From Oopsacas minuta (taxonomy: Eukaryota > Animalia > Porifera): a stretch of 64,000 nucleotides of DNA. Of the stretch, positions 1 through 10,893 are shown one piece after another; position 1 is the stretch's first letter, and each line of letters opens with the position of its first letter. Both the position numbers and the translations under genes were made by a program. Location of the stretch: the NCBI GenBank assembly GCA_024704765.1, contig JAKMXF010000011.1, positions 603,557 through 667,556 of the forward strand. Direction: 5' to 3'. The notes beneath the pieces are model-generated. The model did not search any database. It was not told the DNA's origin and saw only the letters and a program-made list of their open reading frames with translations.

Positions 1-3000
1 ACCGAAGTAGGTACTAGAGATCTTTTTGACGTTGGTGGATTAAGTGCAACTGTTGATGGAAAGCAAACTTTGGAATGCTTTAATAATGACGCGCTTTATA
101 CTATTCTCGTTGTTGACATATTGTTCCAAGGTTTGATGATTAGAATAACATTAGAATACTGAGTAGAAGTATATATCTGGGTTATTCTGTCGTTAGGGAT
201 TAAATAGATACACTATGCTTATGCTCATTTTTTCTTTTCAAACAAGGTCCTCCCGAAATCACCCTAGATACAGGAATGGGTGAGAGTTATTCTTCTCTAA
301 CTCCTGGTGACAACACAGCTAGTATTAATCTTCTTACAAAGAATGTAATTCTAGCAACCGTTCTAGCTGGTAGATGGCAGAGACCAAATGGAACATTTGT
401 TGAAGATAACTCCATACCATTCTCAGCTTTTGAGATATCAGATCAGGGAATATACAAGTTCTATGTTATTAATTGGGAGAGCATAGAAACACTAGCTATT
501 CAGATCCAGCTTACAGGTATGATGGGATTATTTTGAAGAAAATAGCCCACATATATACTAGATAGTATTTAGCCATGGGTAATATATTTTGTTTATCTGC
601 TTGGATATTGTTTAAGGTCATGTTGAGACACTCATAGCTAGGTTGGAGGTGGAGATTTCTTATCAGATACGAAATCAAATCTACTATCCATGGTGGTTAA
701 CAATCGAATATTATATAGAGGGGACTAATGTCATTCAATCATTTGATTGTTAGTTATGATATTCTAGTGTATCCATTTGGAGAAGAGATTGCTCTAAGAG
801 AATACAACTATTTGGAAGATCTCTCAGTACTGACTACCAATACTACTCTATATTGCATAACAGATGTGATAGATATTCCTGAGGTAATCTGGAAGTATGA
901 AGATCTAGAAGGTGTGAACACATCCCAATCAGCTGAAACTGATTTCTTCACTGGGTTTAGTTCGTTACTCGTGACTACAGACAAAGTAGGCTACTACAGC
1001 TGTTATGTAACTGAAAATGGTGCCAGTAAGACGTATTCAATTGCAGTCATAGATACAGAAGTGTACAAAGGTATGCAACATTAATGTGCTATATTTCTAA
1101 CTACAGTGGAATGTGAATTTCGGGACAAGACGAACAATTAATTACACAAATCAGGTCTCTACAATAGTTAGTCAATTGGTATTACTTTGGTTAATACGAA
1201 AACAAATTGTGACCTTTTTTGAGCTAACTATTAACGAGTTTACACTGTAGTTGTATATTCAAATTCAAATAGCAGAGCTTTCATATTTACAATTCTCATA
1301 TTTTCTATTCTTCAGTCCTTGAGGCTGCACAGCCATTCACTTACACTGTCAAGATAGACAGAGATATTGCTTTCCTATTCTGTCACAAACCTGACAACTC
1401 TGTTCCCTTTGGAGCAATCGGTTGGAGAGAGATGGATACCAGTGAGAGGAGGCAGAACCCTCTAAACATTGCAGACATTCCTGACGACGGAAACACCCAT
1501 ACAATGGAATGTTTAGATGCCTTGGATGATACTCCAATATTCAATGTACAAATCCTCATTCAAGGTTTGTGTATTAGATTTAAGTATATCATTATGTATC
1601 AGTATTGAAACTATTCTAATCCTATCAACAGGACCACCTGTCATAACACTGAACACAGGATCTATGGTATCCTACCCTCTACTTTCTGAAAACACCAATA
1701 AAGCTTATCTTGACCTACTCTCACGGAATGTAGCCCTATCTGTTAATCTAGTCGGGAGATGGCAACTACCAGATAACTCTTGGGTCACAACAAGCTCAAT
1801 GACATTCCTCACATTTCAACTATTTGATCAGGGGTTGTACAAGTTCTATGTTACTGATTTGGATAATGTGGATACACTTGCTATTCAGATAGATCTTACA
1901 GGTATTGCCTCTAAGCTTCTAATTGAAATACATTGACAAACAAGTATTCTAATCTTCACTATCATATTTAGTGAATCAATTTGGAGAGAAGATTGATCCA
2001 ACAACATATGGACCATTATCAACAAATTCTATTTTGAATGCAAACACAGATCTCTACTGTTTGAATGGAGTAGTTGCCTGGAGTTACAGAGATCTAGTTG
2101 GTATTTGTGCTGGTAGAACTGGTGCAATTGATGCTGACGGAGCTAGTGTTTTGTCAGTGGACATAAACTATCCAGGTTACTACAGCTGTGAAGTGACACA
2201 ACAACCAGACGGTATCAGCAATGCATACACTGTAGCTGTTCTGGATACAACTCTCATACAAGGTTACATATTTCTGAATTCATTGCTTTGTGTATTTCTA
2301 CAGTAGAAACCGGATAATTTTCTTACAAAGTTTATGTAAGATATCCCGTTTCTGCCAAATTTAAATATTTTCATTTTAGTAATCGAGACATCTGAATCAT
2401 ACCAATACACCCTCGGAGTAGATAATGATATATTTCTATTCTGTCACACATCTGACAACTCCATCTCATCTTCTGAACTCGTTTGGATGAAGAATGACTC
2501 ATTTTCCATTTTTAAGAATCCACTAAATGTATTTGAAGTAGGAAATCTGTTCAAATACACAGACACCTATCTAATGGAATGTCTAGATCAAACTTCTAGC
2601 GAAAGCATTCTGAGTGCTGGAATATCTATGCAAGGTTTGTTCTGTGCAATTATAATACAGTAGTTACATTTAATTTCAATTCATGCAATGATATTCCATA
2701 TCCTTACACTTTGCAGGAGTACCTGTCATAAGCGTGGATACAGGGACAGTACAAACATTCGAGTCACTCACTTCTGACGGGAACGCAGCTTATATCATCG
2801 TTCAGACACAGAATGTAGTTATGAGAGTTGATCTTGTTGGGAAGTGGCAGAGACCTGATGACACTCATGTATCTGACAATTCAATTACTTTCTTATCCTT
2901 TGATGAGTCAGATGTAGGAGTATACAAGTTCTATATGACAGATTGGTACAATGAACAGAGGCTAGCTATTCAAATCCAACTCTCTCTTTCTCGTGAGTAT

Positions 3001-3515
3001 CTTTCTAGTAATTATTTAATCAGCAAAAAGTAAATTCTTTTCTATTCTCTCTAGCAACCTACTCACAAGCAATAACTAATCTAACAGCTGTGACATCAAG
3101 TGACAGTTCCATCCTGGTTACCTGGAGTTTGTTAGCAGAGCAGACGCCCCTCTCTGGTGAGAAATTCTCAATATACTACGGATACGAAGATGTTGAATAT
3201 TTCGCCGGTACCACTGAGAAGCTATTCTTCAACATTAATGGATTAACTCTCAACTTCAACTATACAATTCGTGTGGACATGCAGTTCGCATATTCTCCAG
3301 AATCATTTTCTGAGGTTGTCTCCCACTATCTAATACTTCCGGTAATCACTGTGCCCACCACATTCTTCCAAAGTGCATCATTTGACTTTGCTGCTCAAGA
3401 AAGCGTTTTGATTGTAGTAATCGTATTCTTGCTGCTTATCATTGTTGTAATCTTAATGCTGGCAATAATCGCGGCATTCTTTATAAGGAGACATATGCAG
3501 AAGAGCAATATGTGA
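1..3515 (+). CDS. Multi-exon single-pass membrane receptor, 5' end outside the window: repeated Ig-like modules, then FN3, TM and a 9-aa tail
   Basis: Phase-1 GT-AG exons join in frame: <1-130, 247-516, 768-1070, 1316-1564, 1632-1901, 1972-2262, 2380-2634, 2717-2992, 3055-3515. Three module types recur in order: A (LFCH..W..NPL..MEC), C (GPP.I....G.WQ.P..D.G.YKFY...LAIQI), B (LYC....W.Y.DL.G..GYYSC.V). The last exon has FN3 motifs (ILVTW, L..NFNYTIRV) and the hydrophobic helix VLIVVIVFLLLIIVVILMLAIIAAFFI. Confidence 0.8.
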
Positions 3516-4428
3516 CAAATAACAAGAGTGAGGTGAGTATCCATTTACATGAGCTTAACTATCCTATTGATTGGTTCTTTTAAAGTTTTCCCCTAATCTA
3601 ACTTTGTTTTGATTAATTCTCCTTTTCTGTGAATCTTTGATCTACATAGTGTATGTATTATTTTACTTCTGTAATATTGTTGTTTTGAGAATTTTGATTG
3701 TATGTATCTACGTAAATGCAGAGCATGAAGCTTCGCCGCTCCGCGCTCCTAGCCCCCAATGGAGCGCACTCCTCTCCCGCTCCTTTTCATTCTTTCAGAT
3801 TTCCATTACATTTGTATGTTGAGTAATTAGGATTGAATTAACCATTGTACATTGGGGAAATTGCTAAATGTGCTAAGTAAAATCATTTCAAAATATTTTA
3901 TGTAAAAATTGAATTATGAAAAGTGGCCCAGCATCCACTTTTCATAACAAGAATACTCATTCTTATAAAATATGTAATTCGTCCAGTGTGTGGGCTCCTG
4001 AAAAAATGCAAAAATGGAGCTGATGAGATTTTAGGGAGAATATTACATGGTTTCTTTCGGGTCGTAATTGTCAACTGAAATTTGCGCAGATTTAACTTTT
4101 GAGTAATTGGTTAATTGTAACCATGAAATACGTTAATACTATGTATGTAATTACTCTTTACCTTTTTACTAATCCCATAAAACCTTAATTACACTATTCC
4201 TTCAGTCAACTCCCATTATACCGGACACGGATATATTGAAATACCCGCGTATATCGAAGTAGTAAATTATGCAAATATTGTTCCAAACCGTCGAAGTAAC
4301 ATAATTTCATCTGTTTTATTGAAACTCCGCTTATACCGAAATAATTATCTCTGTCCCTTGAGTTTGGATATAACCGGAATTTACCGGAATTAATATTCTA
4401 TTAATTATTAGCTGCTAATATATAATCA

Positions 4429-5460
4429 ATGCAGAATCTCGGTACAAAGCAAGAGACTTTCTTCTCAAAAGGAGATGAGTATATCTATAATGAATCTATA
4501 AGCAAACGTTCTAAACCAAACGAGAGCAGTTGTAAGAACGAAGTTTTGCCATATTTCGGCTGTACCATTGACCAAGCTTCTGCGAAAGATAATACAATAG
4601 AGCAAGTTATTCCCATTCCATTGACCCCAACTGGTATCCAATATCAACAACCTTCAAGTACTCTAATGGGATTCTTCGATCAGAGAGATAACCTACAACA
4701 TAATATATTGTGTAGCTGTCCTAATGAGATGAATAATACTCCAATTTTCAAGGCTCGGCTACAAGATCTCACTCCTCTCATCTGCTCCAAACTTGAAATG
4801 GCACACACTCTAACCAATTGTGCTTTAGCTGAAAGCCTTCTTAATGAAATATACTGCAATAAAGATCATAATCTGACCATGCTACAGTCTAGTGTAAGAC
4901 GTAGACTCTATGATTGTATTAATGTTCTCACTTCAATCGGACTGATAAATAAAGACGGACGTAATCTTACATGGGCAGGGGATGGATTCAAAGTTCGTAC
5001 ACCTAATTCCGGTCCTGGGCTAAAGCAATTAATAAAATCTACAATAGAGGATAAAGAGCTGGTGCTTCATGAGAAAACTGAACGTCTACGTGAAATGAGG
5101 CAGAGAATTTTTATGTATAATAAACTTGCTTCTAGGAATAAGCATTCATTATATCGTGCTAAATCTCTCCTCACATTGCCTCTATTATTCATTCGTATTT
5201 CAAACAGTAATAATATTGAGTGCAGACTTAGTAGAAATCATATGACAGCACAATATACATCTGATGGTCCTTTCACTATAGTTCAAGATTCGGAACTATT
5301 GCGTTCACTTGATTTCTCATTTGATAGTGTTACTCCACAGCGAAATTCTTTCTCCGGTTTTCAATATTTACCTGAAATGCAGTGTGTTAATCCATTGCCT
5401 TTTGTACAGGCAGCTGATAGTCATGTGTTACATACGAAATTACCATCAGAACCTTTTTAA
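4429..5460 (+). CDS. TFDP: E2F/DP-family transcription factor, DP-like, divergent, intronless
   Basis: Winged-helix signature VRRRLYDCINVLTSIGLINK, followed by a coiled coil and a DP-type C-terminal domain (LPLLFI..IECRLS..F.IVQDSELLRSL, compare TFDP1 LPFIIV..IDCSIS..FEIHDDIEVLKRM). Confidence 0.8.
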   Translation: MQNLGTKQETFFSKGDEYIYNESISKRSKPNESSCKNEVLPYFGCTIDQASAKDNTIEQVIPIPLTPTGIQYQQPSSTLMGFFDQRDNLQHNILCSCPNEMNNTPIFKARLQDLTPLICSKLEMAHTLTNCALAESLLNEIYCNKDHNLTMLQSSVRRRLYDCINVLTSIGLINKDGRNLTWAGDGFKVRTPNSGPGLKQLIKSTIEDKELVLHEKTERLREMRQRIFMYNKLASRNKHSLYRAKSLLTLPLLFIRISNSNNIECRLSRNHMTAQYTSDGPFTIVQDSELLRSLDFSFDSVTPQRNSFSGFQYLPEMQCVNPLPFVQAADSHVLHTKLPSEPF

Positions 5461-5719
5461 TTAGCTTTGTGGCTTATTGACATATCACTTAAATCATACT
5501 AGATTATGTCTTTCTATTTTAATTACAAATACGATGTTTGGAGTATTTATTTGATCATTATTATTATTGTAGATGTTATTCCTGCTAAATTTTATGAAAT
5601 TCTGATATTTGTTGATTAAAGCTCGTTCGTTATTCACAAGCAATTGTTTAGTATTATTCTGCTATTAAAGTTTATGAGTTGTTTAATACCTTTTAATGAA
5701 TACATATTATGTATAATAT

Positions 5720-5965
5720 GTATTATACGTTCAACCTACAATTTTTGGTGACGTAACTTCTACTGGGCTGATTTCTACAATATTAATTTGTATGAAAACA
5801 GAATTTCTCAAACTGTTAATGATAAATCTCACCAAAGTTGACCAAATCATATAATACTTGATAACAAGTCTAAAATTGTAAAAATCTCCAATTTCGAGAT
5901 TACCTTAGACGTATAATACCTTCAAGTAGATCACCTATAACGTATTATATATTATACGCGTATTA
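5720..5965. repeat. Dispersed ~245-bp repeat, copy 1 (probable non-autonomous DNA transposon remnant)
   Basis: Clearly homologous to 44527-44765 (shared GTATTATACGTTCAA..ACAATTTTTGGTGACGTAACTTCTA.TGGGCTGATTTCT and downstream blocks). Confidence 0.65.
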
Positions 5966-6557
5966 TAAGAGTTAGATTCAAACAGTGCTATGTGGTTGTT
6001 TCTCATCCCCGCCTGTGCGGGAAGATATTAGTTGTAAGAATTGAATTCTATGTCTCTTTACCTGTAATTAGCTGGTGGAAGCTAATCTCTAGAACAATTT
6101 GGAATTATTGTCCAAAAGGTGTGAAAATATACGAATAGAAATTTCTGATGTCAGGTGCAGAAGTAGAGGCGCCAGGAGTATATGCGTACATGCGTAATAA
6201 CGCGCTAGCAGATTTGTAGTAAATTTGTTTTCTAACTATAAATGTATATAAACACAGTAAATATATTTCAGGGCTTCCATTAATTTATACACTGATTATA
6301 TGATATAGTGTATATTATATCTTACAGCTCTACTCTAAGTACACATTATAAGAGTAAAGCTTCAGGGTAGACAACGTTTCTGGTACGGTTATCGGTAGCT
6401 AAGATTCTAAGCTTTGCAGAGCTACCTAGCTGGGATACTGCGAAGTAAAACATTCCATGTGTGAAGCAGACTGACGAAAGGTCTACGCCGACTGCCTTGA
6501 AGGTCTTAACATTTTAAATGTTTAACAAGATTATTAAAATTCAATTTTCTTTCTTTG

Positions 6558-6812
6558 CTAAAATCCATATTTAGTAGAATAATATAATTTCAATAATCCA
6601 CTAACATTCAATTTGGTAAGTTTAAGTTGGCACAGACGGTCATTTGAGATTTTTTGAGAGAAGTGTAAGAGAGTATGTGCATTTATAAACTGTTTGATCG
6701 TTGAGTGAATGGATTCTGAACGTTGTGTGTAATGAGCACCCAACGTGAGGTGTTGCCAGGTCCATCGTGATGCCCATTGAATTCTCTTGTCATATAATAC
6801 ACGTAAAAACAA
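6558..6812 (-). mobile_element. Mutator/MULE (FAR1-like) transposase fragment
   Basis: QWASRWTWQHLTLGAHYTQRSESIHSTIK resembles the W..w...f.lg..tTqRsES.ns.lK motif of MULE/FAR1 transposases. Short, isolated ORF. Confidence 0.6.
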
Positions 6813-7454
6813 GTTGAGCAGAATGGAATCATTTCAGTTGGATGTTCGATTTCATTGTATCCAGTTAGAGAACATGAATTAAAGTCGAGGAAATAATTTT
6901 GTGAAGCTATAGCTGCAGAATATTAATCGGATTGATCGCTTGGCTCAGCCATGATAAATAGCTGAGTTGTTTAATTCGCACAATTATAATACATATTATC
7001 CGTAGATGGCAGGACTGAGTTACTGTGTCCCAATCAGAAAATGACCTTTTTGAACCCAAAATTCAACCCAATTTCAGCCCTTTTCGGACTAAAAATCTCC
7101 AAAAAGGCTTAGGCCGTATACAGTTTTATATAATTAAGTATAATACGTAAAACTTGTCAATTTGAGGCTGATTAGACGTACGAAATCGCTAAACTATCAT
7201 AAAGTGTGAATCATTCAAAGTTGTCAGAACAAACTCTATCATAGAAATTAACATAAGTGCTACAATATTTTCATACTTTTGTATGTTAGAAATATACGTT
7301 TTCCCCTTCAGGATGACCACAATTTTGATTACTACGAAATATTATGCATATATGGAGAAATTCGAGGCAATTTACACGAAGTTAGTAAAATTCCTTAAAT
7401 GTCGGTTAAATCCTTATATGTCGGCCGCCGACATATAAGTAATCCCTTATATTT

Positions 7455-7751
7455 TTAGCGTATAAATTGTAAAGTAATAGGCTTTTGGCTCTAAATTCTA
7501 TAGGAATTGTGGTCTTCGTTTCTTATTTAAAGAAATGGAAAGAAACAACCCGATTTAACTGTAACTTCTAATTATACTAAAGGTTGTACAAGAGGGCCCT
7601 GGCAATCGCCATTCCGTATCTACTCCCTTGTAAATTACTTGTAATATAACTATAAGAATAAATAATTAAAATGCTTCGAGCTAGCTTCCCCAGTCCTAGA
7701 AAATCATATTTGAGAAACAAAAATCTCTACTTTACATTCCCTTAACAAATA
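7455..7751. repeat. ~297-bp direct repeat, copy 1
   Basis: Aligns without gaps to 10344-10640 with about 10 substitutions counted by eye. Confidence 0.9.
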
Positions 7752-7798
7752 AAGTACCAAATTATGACTTATTTAAAATACTTTTGCACTCACAAATG

Positions 7799-7835
7799 AT
7801 CTAATCTAATCTAATCTAATCTAATCTAATCTAAT
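7799..7835. repeat. (ATCTA)7 microsatellite
   Basis: Direct reading: atctaatctaatct...ctaat. Confidence 0.95.
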
Positions 7836-8004
7836 TACTCACAACAGATACCTATACTACCAGGACTGACATAAACTCATACGAACAGTAAAGCTACTAG
7901 CAGCAGGAACAAAGACAGGGAAATGTTCATCAGTGTAGTAGTAGGCTATAATAAATATAATAATATTAACTCATGTTATCTGAATATTAGTTCTGTAATT
8001 AATC

Positions 8005-8740
8005 TTAGAGTTCTATTTTTGGACTTACCACGTTCGCGTTAGTAAGGTTAATTCGCTGGTCCAGTTCCTGGATAGGACGCGTATTTTCGGGTAATTGAGG
8101 ACCCACTGAGCTTACATTCTGACTTAACATGTCAAGTTGTGCTTGAGAGATACATAACATATCTTCTGCTGCCCACCAGGTTACAGCTTCACTGCATGGG
8201 AAGTAGTGAAGGAGCCCTGGGAGGTATAGTACGAATTGGTGTCTGTACACAGTCCATCACAATTGTAGATGTCACTCAGTCTTAGGTAAATTCCCCAAAC
8301 CTCATCAGGATCAGCCTTTATCTGATCTAGGTAAGTATTATTTGCCCCAAAGAAAGGATAGAAATCACTATATTCACAAATCCTAACTTTGATACCTGAC
8401 ACAAGGAATCCATTTGGTTGATCGCCAGCTTGGGAGGAGTTGAATTGTGTATTTCTGGATACAAGGTGGATTTCTGAGCTGCGATAGATGCTTTTTCCAT
8501 CGAATTGATTCTCTGATCCCCAATTACTACCCTCCGCTGCCCAATGGAAATGGAATTGTTGCAATACATAAACTTCCATCCTGGAAGTTGTTTGGCCTTT
8601 CATATGTAGCAACAAAATATGGTAGAGTTGCTTCCTCGGTATCAGTAATGTATTCTACAGTATATGTGCATTGTTCATCAGAGTACCATTTATTTAATTA
8701 ACCTCTTGGTAACTCTTCTGAATAATTGTGATAATAATTC
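8005..8740 (-). pseudogene. Alpha-carbonic anhydrase pseudogene, 5'-truncated and frameshifted
   Basis: CA motifs lie in different frames: NGTLMNNAH / TVEY.. / QQFHFHW..GSEN.FDGK..EIHLV..GFLVSGI..YY.SQGSFTT / PCSEAVTW..ISQAQL..ENTRPIQEL. Frameshifts near 8665, 8575 and 8195. No N-terminal W.Y/QSPI region found. Confidence 0.85.
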
Positions 8741-8793
8741 CTAAATGAAATTATATAACAGCTTACATATTATCATAGATAATACTCCTTAAA

Positions 8794-9318
8794 ATGGCAT
8801 CCGCATTGGAAGGGCAATACTTAAAGAAAGATAACTCTAATATTGTTATAAGGAAGTGGGAAGAGAGTGACTTAGAAAATATGAGTAAGTTATTACGAAA
8901 AGTCACAGAGACTCAAGATTACCCTGAACAATGCTTAGATATAGAAAGTCTAAGGAAAGATATGTTTGGTACACAAGTATGGCTATATGGATATCTAGCG
9001 GAAGTTGTTATACAAGGAGAGGCTGTCTCTATTGGAATAGCTGTAGCGAATCTATCTTACAATCTAAGTAGAGTATTATCTATTACAATTCTATATATTC
9101 TCCCTGATTGGAGGAATAAAGGGGTAGGGAGAGGTCTATTGGATGCTATGAAACAGTTTGCAATTAGTCTCAAGTGTAAATTCATACATTGGACGGATGA
9201 GTATAAAAATACAATCGTGACAAATATTTCTAAGAAAAAAGCTGATTATACTCAACCCCACTGGATTATGTACACTATGAATGAAGCGGATATGGAAAAA
9301 TTATTAAAACCTTCATAA
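8794..9318 (+). CDS. GNAT N-acetyltransferase, spermidine/spermine (SSAT/SAT)-like, intronless
   Basis: Acetyl-CoA motif A LYILPDWRNKGVGRGLL. N-terminal IRK..E.D...L and L..D.FG pattern as in SAT1/SAT2. 174 aa. Confidence 0.8.
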   Translation: MASALEGQYLKKDNSNIVIRKWEESDLENMSKLLRKVTETQDYPEQCLDIESLRKDMFGTQVWLYGYLAEVVIQGEAVSIGIAVANLSYNLSRVLSITILYILPDWRNKGVGRGLLDAMKQFAISLKCKFIHWTDEYKNTIVTNISKKKADYTQPHWIMYTMNEADMEKLLKPS

Positions 9319-10013
9319 TTCATTATTGCAATTCGTCCTTACATAAATTTCTTTATTTTATCGAAAATATTCAGAATTGTGTAATGAGTTCGATCCATGA
9401 GAATACAATAATATCAGCTTTGAGAGAAATTTGATAATTAGGTTTACTGGTATACAAATATATGTCTCGGAATAGTAAAACGAGGAAAGAGAATTTTGAG
9501 GTCAAATTTCTGCACCGACAGCACCGTGAGAATTAAGAGTTGCATAATAATATTATTCTTTCCTGAAACATTTTACATCGTGTATATTGCCTTTTCATAA
9601 ACACCAAGTTTGGGTACCTGAGAGGTCTGGACACCCAAACAGGTTTAATGGTGGAGACGGTATTTTTGTGAAGTTTACATAGAGGTAGCAGCAATTTCGC
9701 ATGGTGGATCCACCAAGTTTGATTTTGTTTCCTAAATCTTGGCGCCGTGTTGCAAATACGCGAATTTAATATTATGCGCATAATCACCAGACAATAGTGT
9801 ATAGTTTACACAGTAAAATGGGCTTATGATTAACAATATTACTGAAAGGCGGATTTTTAGACAAATCGCTATTACTTAAGCGAATACTACTGTATTTCAT
9901 TAATTAATTAATAGGAAAATTCATGCAACTCATGATTTGCTAAAGGTTGACTCCACTGTGTTTGTTATAAAAATTGTTAAAATAAGTACACATACACAAA
10001 AGTAAGTTTATGG

Positions 10014-10085
10014 AGCAGAGTGGCGCAGGGGAAGCGTGCTGAGCCCATAACCCAGAGGTCGGTGGATCGAAACCACTCTCTGCTA
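10014..10085 (+). tRNA. trnM-CAT: Initiator-type tRNA-Met (CAT), variant
   Basis: 72-nt cloverleaf AGCAGAG...CTCTGCTA with A1:U72, anticodon loop CCCATAA and initiator T-loop ATCGAAA, followed by a TTTTT Pol III terminator. One A:C mismatch in the anticodon stem. Confidence 0.92.
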
Positions 10086-10343
10086 TGCTTTTTCTTGCTT
10101 ATTTTGACACAACAGAATACGGCCGGGAAATGTGTCATTTTATGACGTCAAAAAGGCTGCTGAAATCTTGATTTGGGTGCGGGAATTGGTTAAAACGAAG
10201 TGGAAATTATTGTATTCCTTTTCGTTACGAATGTAACATTTCGGCCGTAGTCGGTTAATTGTTTATGCAATGCAACTTGTAGTGACAGATTGATACAAAC
10301 TTGTTTTACATATTTTGTAAAATGAAAATTACTAATTATATTG

Positions 10344-10640
10344 TTAGCGTATAAATTGTAAAGTAATAGGCTTTTGGCTCTAAATTCCATAGGAATTTTT
10401 GTCTTCATTTCTTATTTAAAGAAATGGAAAGAAACAACCCGATTTAATTGTAACTTCTAATTATACTAAAGGTTGTACAAGAGGGCCTTAGCAATCGCCA
10501 TTCTGTATCTACTCCCTTGTAAATTACTTGTAATATAACTATAAGAATAAATAATTAAAATGCTTCGAGCTGGCTTCCCCAGTCCTAGAAAATCATATTT
10601 GAGAAACAAAAGTCTCTACTTTACATTCCCTTAACAAATA
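10344..10640. repeat. ~297-bp direct repeat, copy 2
   Basis: Matches 7455-7751. Confidence 0.9.
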
Positions 10641-10893
10641 GTTCAAATATCGATTTATTGATTCAAATTTGCAATTTGTGCTTTGCTATATTCGGGGCAC
10701 GATAGGCCGAGTTCCTTGCGAACACTTTGTGTTCGCAAGACAAGAACACGAGCAAGTGAAGCGGCTCATGCTCTTTATTTCACGAATAATACCCGCTGAA
10801 TACTATTTTAATCAAACACTAACTGGATAAATATTGAAAATATCTAATAATATATAGAATTCTATCTTTAATATAAAACTTTAAGAAAAAAAG

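Noticed and set aside
6467-6510. Possible hammerhead ribozyme (CTGACGA...GAAG)
   Set aside because: The second core is GAAG rather than GAAA, and no stem I, stem III or NUH site could be built.
9533-9787. 84-aa ORF with a WVSRPL motif as a mariner transposase piece
   Set aside because: Only a weak resemblance to WVPHEL; no DDD/E residues or TIRs found.
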